A DNA stretch of 64,000 nt from Gonapodya sp. JEL0774. Taxonomy: Eukaryota. The stretch lies in NCBI GenBank assembly GCA_027604505.1, contig JADIIX010000021.1, positions 62,001 through 126,000 of the forward strand, read 5' to 3'. The notes below the pieces were generated by a model that was not told the origin of the DNA, searched no databases, and worked only from the letters and a program-made list of their open reading frames with translations. This document shows, piece by piece, positions 54,416 through 64,000 of this stretch; within the stretch, counting starts at the first letter, position 1, and the number at the start of each line of letters is the position of its first letter. A program made the position numbers and the translations under genes.

Positions 54416-56028
54416 CCTCCAAGAAATGCAATTTATTTGAAACTGAAATTCTTGTCTGAGAGCATGGAGAAACGTCTTTTTGAAATACGGCAGTGGTCAA
54501 CAGTCGCCACGGCATAACTACATGAGCCAAACGTAGCTCTGGGAGAGGGTCTGAATCGGACAGAGCTCAGCCATCCTTGGCTACGGAGATTGACGCCGTT
54601 CTCTCCGTCTGGCCTTTGCTGCTGACCATCTCCAGTCCACATTACACGTGAAGCTGAAATTGCAGTTCTGTACTCAAGATGTGGGTGCACGTCAGTGTTG
54701 GCGATACAAACATTGCTCCCCTGTCAAACAATGGCTTAGGCCCGTCATGGCATGCACTCACTCTAAACGGACAAGGATTTCGCGTCAAAATCTGTTGACA
54801 TCTAGCTTGGCTTCAGTCACTGCGGGTCGTCCAGCGGTTTTCAGTCAGTGGTTCAAATGCCGGGTTTGATCGTGCAAGAGGAGGTGTTGCGGTTGCGTTG
54901 AGAGGGATACACATGTTGCAAAGCAAACCGCCGGCATGAGCCTCAACGGTGAGCTCGATACAAAGGAGAACGATGAGAATAACTCGGTCTGTTGTTTTTG
55001 GGAAAGGAGATGAGAACAGGAGGGTACGACGAACATCAGCGTGGAACATCAACGTGGGACACCTGCGCGGGTATGGCGTGGAGATGGACGGAGATTATAA
55101 CGAGGTGGCCATGAAACGGGGTGCGTGATGAACATCCAGCACATCGATAATTCCTGCCGATATCACCACGCTGGGGGATTTGACTCGTCACAGTGGAAGC
55201 CCCCCGTGAACACGCAACTGCATTCCCGTAGCATCATTCACAGCTGTCACCACTCACACCACCCTCAAGTGCTGGTCCACCTGAGTAATGCGCGACATAT
55301 TTCAGCCTTAATCTCATTATTCTCTGCTTGAATGTGTTACCGAACTCACATATCAGCTTCGGCAACCGTAAAGACGCCGCTCGCCGGACCTAGTAGCCTG
55401 AAACCATTGGCGTGATAGTAGGCAGTCGGTCCGGGGGAGCTTGGTCGGATATGGTGAGGAGACATGGGGGAGGGGCACAGGAGATCCAGACTCTGAGTGG
55501 AAGGGAGAGCTGGGGTGTCGACGGAGAATTTCGAAGAGAATCCACGAACTGGAATTGGAGAGTACATATTCGACATGCGCCCGGGGTGATGCTGTGCAGA
55601 GGGTCGGGATGATCAGTCCCAGAAGCTGTTCATGTAAACCGGTGGACACTCACTCACAGAACAGGGTTTATGAAGATGCTAAGAAAGAAGGGGAGAGACC
55701 AAACAAGAAGAACCCCAATTCTTACAAGAGAAAAACCGCGATTGAATTGGCTCGGAGACTTGCAAGGCGCGATTCGACCGGTGGGTGAACTGAGATACAA
55801 GAAAGGTACGAAACGAGACGGGCATATTTCGGGGAACATCAAAAGCAGAAAAGACGTATTCGTTAATCGAAATTGGTCGACATTCGGTGTAGACGGACAT
55901 GATAACAAAACAGTTGAGTCGTGGGAACCAACTCACGAACACACTGGTTGGTTTCCACGGGTTCCGCTCCGGACAAGCCTCAAAAGTATCGAAAAAGCGT
56001 GACCGAAACAGGCAAAACGCCCTTCACA

Positions 56029-56574
56029 ATGCACACCACAATACCCGGAGGCCTCTTTGCTTCTGTGCGGGACCAAGCCGATGTGTTGGAGGTCGTGGGC
56101 AGGTTCCGTGCTGGCAAAATCCCGGAAACGGTCGAAGTCGAGCCCGATCCGTTCCTCATAATCGTTGCAGACCACACGGAAATCACAGCTCGCACCAACC
56201 TCAACCTCATCTGCACTCTCCCTGACGTTGTCGCGGAGCTCACGCAGGCAGCTCCACTCTCTGTGCCGGCTCCCACCCCTCTCGGCACACCTTTCTTTGT
56301 CTCCGCCAACACGGCCATTCTCCATTTCAGAAGCATGAATGAGCTGACTGGAGCGCTCGCAAGGGTGATAATGAGGCTCCCATCAACAGCTTTGGGTGTG
56401 AGTGCACCTTTTGTTCACTCTTTCAGACACACCCATGACCCAACTTCATGACTCAACCCTAACTTTCCTTCAAAGGCATCTCCCTCGAACCCTCGCATTC
56501 CAGCATTCGAAGCCTACGTGTGCAGTGGGGCCAGCAGAACTCAGATGTTTCAGGTACACTACTTCAGTGTGTGA
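56029..56574 (+). CDS. Small hypothetical protein (~155 aa, two exons)
   Basis: Protein-like ORF starting MHTTIPGGLF. A GTGAGT donor at ~56398, CTAAC branch site and AAG acceptor give the in-frame exon ASPSNPRIPAFEAYVCSG...FSV*. No family recognised. Confidence 0.55.
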
Positions 56575-57839
56575 GAAGGGCGTTCGCTGGGGACGGGCAG
56601 GGCTGAGCGGTCAAATTGACTGGATGGATACTTGAGTTTGAGCGATGTTTCCATGCCGAATTTCCCCATTGTAGAGTTCGGCGAGCCCAACAATTAACAA
56701 GGTCACTCCGAAAATGGGAGGTTACAGGGAATGGAACATAAAAGCAATCAATAGGGACCCTTTGTGGGGAGAGGGTTAGAGACTTGAGAAAGATTTCACG
56801 TTTTAGAGCAGAGAATTTCGCATTGTTGAGCAGCTACTTGCTTTTTCAGGCTGGTCACGAAGCCAGAGTGCGGCGGCTGTAAGCTGTGCCACATTTCACA
56901 GAAGGACACGAACTTAGGCCCACCGATATGTCCGACTTTGACGACCAATTCCTCCATGAGCTGACATTGTAGACATTAATCGACAATAAAATCATAGAGC
57001 TAGTGTATGGCGAAGTTTTTGATTGGAGTTTGGAGGGAATCGAGAACGTATTGAGTCCTCGCTGTATCAGGATGTGATTTCTTCAATAGGTCTGACTTTG
57101 AACAAGCCTGGACTCACGGAGCGTCTTCCCACTAACTTCCGGCACAAGGCACCTGCACGACATTACCTGGCAAAGTTTGTGATGCAACTCGGACAAGGAA
57201 AGAAAGTGATCACCGCATGTCCTATCAACCATTCCACCACATAATCTCGTTGTGTCGTACTTACTTGCGTCACCCGTTTCGGTATCTCCTTCCTCCCTCG
57301 ATACTCTTTCGCCTGTGTGCACACCATCAATGCCAAGATTGCATGGTGTGCGGGCTATCAGGTGGCGGAGGAAGAGCGGGAATTTGCAAGAGGGACAAGC
57401 CGGCAGACATTCGAGCTGGCCCAACGGACATCCTGCCCAACCTCCACTTTGGACGTCGTATTCCATCTCCAACGTGTCCCAAGCCTTATGGTTCTTCCTC
57501 TTGTGTAACCAAACTCGATGTACTCGACTCCAGATGTCTCGGGCAACCACCCGCACAGAGTTTGTAAAGGTACGAAGAGGACGAGAAATGGAAAGAACAG
57601 AGGAGACAGTGGATACAACGAAAGAAGCAAACAAGGTAAGTGTTGTGACCAAGCATTAGGTCGGGTGGATCGGGTTGAGCTCGCTGAGGGTGTGAACTTC
57701 CCCTTCTCTTCCCCACGTTGCGTCTAACTTGCGCGTTGTCAGCGATGATTTTTCAACCATTTTGCTCTCTTGCCTATCACAATTTATTTCGTGATTGAAC
57801 AATCTCCTCCTTCTACGAGTTGCTTAGTTGTCTTGCACG

Positions 57840-59125
57840 TCACTTCAAAGTGCTCAACTGCTCGACGTGCCCGAAGAACTTCACATCCTTTCCATTCCAT
57901 CGCCCAACTCCCTCGCTATAGCTCTCCGAGATCGTAATGTATTGCTGCGTTGGTGGAGTAGGAGTGAGCTCCCCATCGCGGAACCACTTGTTGATTGTGA
58001 ATGACGCATTCCTTGCAGGCAGATCCAGCAAGACACGGTTGAAGTACTTGAGGCCGGTCACGGAACTTGTGCTGACGTCTGAGCCGCGTGTCTCTGGTCC
58101 CACTGGGATCATCTCGTGGATGCCGTTTGGATGCCAGACAGACGCAAATGAAGTTTTGACACGGCCGTCGAGAGTGGGTGCCATACCCCAGCTGATGATG
58201 ACTTCACCGGTTTCGAGCCAAAGCCAGAGAGCCCAATAGCCAGCTCCGATATGAAAGTTGCCCCACTGGCGTTCGAAGAGGGCGAAGGAATGATCGGGGT
58301 CGATCTTGTGCACCGTACCGTCGACCTCCAGAGTGCCAGCGATGCGGGTGGTGGGGTTCGCCTGTCGATACCAAAGGGAAAAAAATCGATGACTGGCTTC
58401 AGTCAAGATTCACATTGTCTTCGACTCACCCAGTACCAAGACCAACCATGAGGGGATATCGCCATTCCCGGGTCGACCGAGGCAGGGACAAGTTGAATCC
58501 CCCCACCCCCACCGTAGTAGAAGTTGGTGCCTGTGGGATGCACTGTAGCATCCAGCTTGATGCCCTGGAAATCAAGTAGCAATTGGGAGCCGGTCCATTG
58601 GTCTCCGTCTTCTGGAGCGATGATGGACTGTGGCCCGCTGCGGATGTTGAGAATTTCTTTGTTGGCCGAGCCAGGAACAAGGGTAGAAGCTCCGCGGGTA
58701 GTCATGGTGGTGAGATCGTTGAACGACATGAATGTTCCGGCCAGGGGTCTACCACTAATGAGTCCGAGATTGGTGTTTAGGTGGAACTTCTTGCCCTCGC
58801 CAGTGGTGATGTAATAGAGCATGTAAACACTGCCGTCAGGAAAACAAAGTGCGTATAAGACATGTAGGAATGGTAGCTCCCAAGTCCCTCTCTGCCCCGA
58901 CTCTTACTTGTTTACGTTGCCCGGAACATCGCTAATGTACGCAAGTGTCTTTCTGACGTCGTACCTGTTGACTGCGGTCTTGGTATCCCAGATCCGGATG
59001 ATCAGTGAACCACATTACTGATAGGATTACGTCAGATCGACCACTCTACTCACCCCGTCATTCTCGATGGTGGTGGAGGGGTATGTTGGCGGCGTCCAGG
59101 AGAGAGGTTGGCGATCAGCAGACAT
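57840..59125 (-). CDS. Kievitone-hydratase-like / AttH-CrtC lipocalin-fold protein, four exons
   Basis: PTGTNFYYGGGGG and WSWYW|ANPTTRIAGTLEVDGTVHKIDPDHSFALFERQWG (family motif WYDRQWG), plus STSSVTGLKY and C-terminal ISESYSEGVGRWNGKDVKFFGHVEQ. Confidence 0.72.
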
Positions 59126-60068
59126 GAGCGCACTTCTGGAGATTCGTAGGCTTGCAGTTTAAATTTAAATGCTTGGTTAATGCTGAGTGTCGCGACAGTC
59201 AAGGATTTGAATTCTTGCCATTTTTATATATGTGGCATTCACATATATGGAGGCGGGAATGTGAGTTCTCCCGCACGGTGAATTTAGGCGCCATGGGATC
59301 ACGAATGATTTGGATCCGAAACCCGGTTTGTAGAACAATCTGTTTGTTCCCGAACTCAGCCTCCTTGATGGTGCGGAGGAGGGTTGGAAAGGAGGGAGGG
59401 CGCGTGGGAACTCATGCCTAGTATTAGATCCTTATACGCATCCAACTGGAGTTTAGGCTGTTCCAACCTGTTACCGGTTGGAGTAGCCATCTCTGAGTGA
59501 CTGATTGACGGTGGGGAGCACCAGTATACGTGTTCCCCATAGGTGCCTGTCATTCTTTAGCACCGAGTTCTTTTGTTTGTGCTGTTCGGTTCCAGCTAAT
59601 AGACTGCTTTCCGCCTGCGTTTCAAACAGTTCTTCTTCCGTTTCATCTTCACTTGTAAGCTAATACGTTTGCACTTGTGAGTCCGTGTAGTTCGGCCAAG
59701 CGTCGCGCTGTCCTCCGCTGTGGCAGTATTGTTTCAAACTTGCGAAGCTCTAAATGTACATCTACGTATTTCTTCTCATTTCAATTCCATTTTACTCAAC
59801 CTTCCGATTCAGTGTGAACTTTCATCTCTGTGCGAGGAACAACAGTAGTGCTTCACCCGTTTCAATCTTACCTGTTTCAAAGCAACAAAATATTGTGCTA
59901 CTAGTTTAACGTCGCAAATGCCGGTTGTTGCGAGGGAACGGCGGCACAGTTCATGGCATTATGGCGGACGGAACTGTGTCACACAAAAGGGCAACACGGC
60001 ATTAAAGCCAAGTTGGGCACTCGATTCGTACCTGAACCTGTACCGTTCGAACTTAATCGGTCGACGGG

Positions 60069-62711
60069 ATGAACAACGCAGCCATCGTGTCCATCGCCCA
60101 CGCCACCGTCTCCCGACACGTCGTGGGCTCCGGAAAACTCCGGCCGATCTTCACCGACCTGTCCTGGCGCGTCAACCTGCACGACAGATGGGCCGTGGTT
60201 GGAGCCGTAGGCAGTGGCAAGACGAGCTTGGGCGAGGTGGGTTTTGACTGACCAGGTGTATGCCGGTGTGAATTCCACCGGACAACTGCCGTGAATCGAA
60301 ACAAGCAAATGAAATTTTGGGACCCCTCACCACGAATTCCCGTTTCGATTGTAAGCTCCTTACAGGCCGCCACCATGTCGACCCGCCAGACGCCGTGTCG
60401 TTTCCCGCGCTCGAGAAGTATATCATGACTGGAGGTGGGTACATCCAAGGGTCTTCCCTCCGTATTTTATTGTCTTTCTGTCTCTGCAAGTAGGTGCTGT
60501 GCTTTTGTAGTGTACTGCTTCTGTGTATTTTCAGGCACCAGTGGTTGGGGTACCTTCTGAGGTGTGTCGGGGTGGTAGTGGAACACAGAAAAGGAGGGCC
60601 CGATAACACCACCGATGCATTTCTCGTGAACGCAATGCCCATGTTTCTCTATTCATGCGTTTCTAACTTCTCTGCTTGGAACCACCCGGTTCGGTTCCAC
60701 ACGCACTCGCGCTGTTCCGCACCGCACCCCAAACCTCGCCCAACAAGCCCAACCCGTCCGCCTCGTGAGGTGAGCCACGGCCCAGCGTAGCACTTCCCTC
60801 TTCTCCACGATTTTCCACGCTCACACACATCCCGCCCCCACCCCGAAAAGCTTCAAAGAAGACTCCGGACTCTTCTCCTACTCCAAACACTACTACCAGG
60901 AACGATACCACTGGACCGACTCGTGGAACGACATCACGCTCAGGCAGTACCTCGACGCCTCCGGCTCCACCACCAACACCTCCCCATCCCCCGCCTACGC
61001 CGCCTCCACGCTCGACCTCACCGACCTGCTCGACCGGTCCTTTCTTAAACTCAGTAACGGACAGGTTCGACGGGCCCGCATCGCAAGGGCCTTGGTTGCG
61101 GGGGCGAAAATGGTGGTCATGGACGAGCCTTTTAGTGAGGAGATTTGTTTGAGGGGGTTGGGGAGGTACCGGGGTCGGGGTCAGGGTTGCGAGGCCTGCG
61201 GGTTTGTGTGAAAGAGATAGGGAGACTTCGGGGCGCTCACGAACCCCGTTCCCTCCTTTCCTTCCATATCCCCTCTCTGCCTCCTTCACCTCTCACCCTT
61301 GCTCGTTTCGCATCCTGGCTCTTGGGTCGCTTTCCCCACTCTTTCCCGTCGTGACACACCTGTAACCCGCCATTCCACATTGTACCCTGCTCCAGTGGGT
61401 CTCGACCCCACCAACCGCCGGGATGTGGCGTCCATACTCGGCTCGCTCGCATCTCCATCTCCATCTCGTACACCCTCCGCCTCGAGCCACCCCGACAGAG
61501 CCTCCTCCACGGAAACCATCATGGCAACCACACCACTTCTCCACCTCATCCTCCTCCTCCGCCCGCAAGACCCCTTGCCGCACTGGATCACCCATGTTCT
61601 CGTTTTGGACCGCATGCGTGTCGCTTGGCAGGGCGACAGGGACAGATACATGGAGGAATATCCAGGGAGGCACGCGGACGGGGACGGGCACACCGACAGG
61701 GAGGGGCGTGCGCGAGTCGGGGTGGTGGCGTTCGCGGGACGGAGTGGGGGTGCGAGGACACCCTGGGCCGGCACGATACCGGCACCGGCACCCACCGCGG
61801 TCGCCAGTGCCGACCGCGCGCCGGATACCGAACACGTCGTGAAGTTGGAAAAAGTGAACGTGTCTTACGGTGGAACTCGCATTTTGAAAAACGTCGATTG
61901 GACCGTGACCAAGGGGGACAGGTGGGCACTTGTCGGAGCTAACGGTGAGCCAGAAGAGAAGCGCGATGTTGTCTTGTCGTGCTCACTGTTTTTTACTATC
62001 CGGTCTTTGCCCTGCGGTGGATTTCAAAATCACCTGACCTTTAAGGATCGGGCAAGTCCACCCTTCTGTCCCTCATCACAGGTGACAACCCGCAGTCCTA
62101 TTCGAACCGCATCTCCCTCTTCGGCCAGCCCAGGGGTTCAGGGGAATCCATATGGGAGATCAAGAGCCGTCTCGGCCTCGTCTCCCCCGAAGTCCACTTT
62201 TACTTCCACGAGCCCATCGTCGCAGAACGTGTTGTGGCCATGGGGCTTCCGGCAGGTGTGGACAAGGAGGAAGGCCAGAAAAGGGTGACCAAGTTGATGG
62301 AGGAGTTTGGACAACAGGCGGTGGTGGGGAGGAGGTGGGACGAGCTCAGTGTTGGGGAGCAGAGGCTGCTGCTCATTATGCGATCGCTCGTAAGTAAGAT
62401 TTTCGCCCTTTATTCGAAATATGTGGCCGGGCGCCGCGCGTTCTCGCTACTGGTTCACCCCTTCTTCGTGTTGCAAATACGGGCGATCTGTTCTTACCCA
62501 CCTGCAGGTGTCCAACCCGGAACTCCTCATATGGGACGAACCCTTCCAAGGTCTCGACCCCACCCTCGTGTCGCAAATCAACTCGTGGATTGAGAGTCAT
62601 CTCCGACCCGACCAGACGCTCATCTTTGTGACACACAGTGAAGACGAACTACCAGCCGTAGTGGACAGGAAGTTGAGACTGGATGAGGGTGCCGTCGTCG
62701 AGGTGGTGTGA
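60069..62711 (+). CDS. Soluble twin-NBD ABC ATPase, ModF / yeast YDR061W-like
   Basis: NBD1: WAVVGAVGSGKT, LSNGQVRRARIARAL, VVMDEPF. NBD2: WALVGANG|SGKST, LSVGEQRLLL, LIWDEPFQGLD, IFVTH. No TM domains. Confidence 0.9.
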
Positions 62712-62866
62712 TTATGAGGAGGAGTCAATACGTACATGGTGACGTCTATAAGTTAATATCTATGCAATGGTGCCAAAACCAATCGAAAAAAACAATGTAC
62801 AGTGTACACTCAGTTGCCCAGTGCCCAGTTTTCTTTATTCCGAAACGTCCTCGAATGGTAGGTGTT

Positions 62867-64000
62867 TTAACATCCTCCCGCCCAGTCCCCTCCGGTCCCC
62901 CACCACGCTCCGCCCAATACCAGGACAGACACCAACATTCCCCCGACGATGGATACCGCACCATACGTGTAAGCTCTCCGCAATGCGATTCGGCGGACCC
63001 CGTCGGAAGAGCCGGGCGGTGAGTGAGCAATGGTAGAGAGCTCTAGGCAGAAGGTGGAAATGGTGGTAAGGCAACCTGGACAAAACACGAATCAAACGGG
63101 TTGCAGGGTTGCAGATCAGCAAGGCATGACCGAAGGCCACCAGGCGCTGCTCAACATCGACACAAATGTTACACCAACCACAAAACCCGTCCCCCACAGC
63201 CGCGACCAGACCACACCCCCACTCATTCCCTCGCAACACGCCCGACATTCTCACAGCCGTTACGGCACAGAGCACAGCGGTGCCGAGCATGTTGGCGGCA
63301 AAGGTACCCAGAGGGAAGTGCGGACGCCGGGGATTGAGCGATGAGAGGCGCATACGAAGGATGGTTCCTGGTATGAGGGACCGAGTGAACAACTCGCGGA
63401 ATCGTAATTCTCAATCCTTCCGAGACTCAACAAACCTGCAGGACCCATCAGCATAGCCAGCCCCGTCGCTCTGGCACCCGATGCTCCCGCACCCACGATT
63501 CCCGCCGCAACGACGAGCGCCACAACAGCCAACACGAGGTTCACCGCATCCCACGCACGATGCGGTCGCGCAAAGAGGCGCCAAGGATCGTACCCCTCCG
63601 GAACGAGCAAAATCTGGCGGGCGGCGAGTCGAGGAGGGGGTGGAGGTTGGTGCGGGGATGTAAGTGGGGTGGAAGAAGAGGATGAGTCCAAGAGGAGGTG
63701 GGGCATTCCGTGTAGGTTGCCGTTGGATTCTGGTTTCTGTTTGAGATTTCTTCTTGTGCTCTGCCAGAGGAGCATCGGATGCCATGTGTCCGGGTCTGTC
63801 AGGGGCACCAAGTCGATGAGATGGCGACCGATGAGCAAACCCGAGAGGGAGGTGGTGAGGCCGAACAACAGAATGCACGTGCCGGCGAGAAACTGATGGT
63901 GAGGGTGGAAAAGTCGTCGTTGGAGCGAGTCAACCATTAAACAGATCGAATGCAATTGATTGCACGTCACGTTTCCCTGGCGTAAACAAGAAAGAGCCTC
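62867..64000 (-). CDS. FEX1: Fluoride export protein FEX (CrcB/Fluc family), C-terminal part; 5' end outside the window
   Basis: LAMLMGPA|G, FPLGTFAANMLGT and DGFCG|CLTTISTFCLEL are the Fluc-domain signature motifs. Confidence 0.88.

Noticed and set aside
55260..55350. In-frame TGA after a putative splice (ADM|WTST*) as a possible selenocysteine codon
   Set aside because: No redox motif, another stop follows within a few codons, and I recognised no SECIS element.

Overview
Gene-dense eukaryotic DNA rich in short GT-AG introns. An intact axonemal inner-arm dynein heavy chain (DNAH3-like) plus fungal-type genes suggest a flagellated zoosporic fungus (chytrid/monoblepharid); this is an inference. 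I built about 17 gene models by hand-splicing: a partial secreted plant-type LRR protein, an intronless PPR protein, two single-pass membrane proteins with a cytosolic SH3, a QDE-1-like RNA-dependent RNA polymerase, an F-box/LRR protein, an orphan gene with a ~970-bp tandem three-exon duplication, a C2H2 zinc-finger protein, TVP38, an AVT-family amino acid transporter, a LigB/DODA dioxygenase, the dynein, a tail-to-tail pair of paralogous MFS transporters, a small orphan, a kievitone-hydratase/AttH-like protein, a ModF-like ABC ATPase and a partial FEX fluoride exporter. Non-coding features are a tandem pair of long hairpins (54220-54415) and two promoter-proximal arrays with a 12-bp period. 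I recognised no rRNA, tRNA or CRISPR array. Exon boundaries are manual and several 5' ends are uncertain. I see no clear-cut novel multi-gene system. The best leads are the hairpin pair, the RdRP, the hydratase-like gene and the exon-module duplication.
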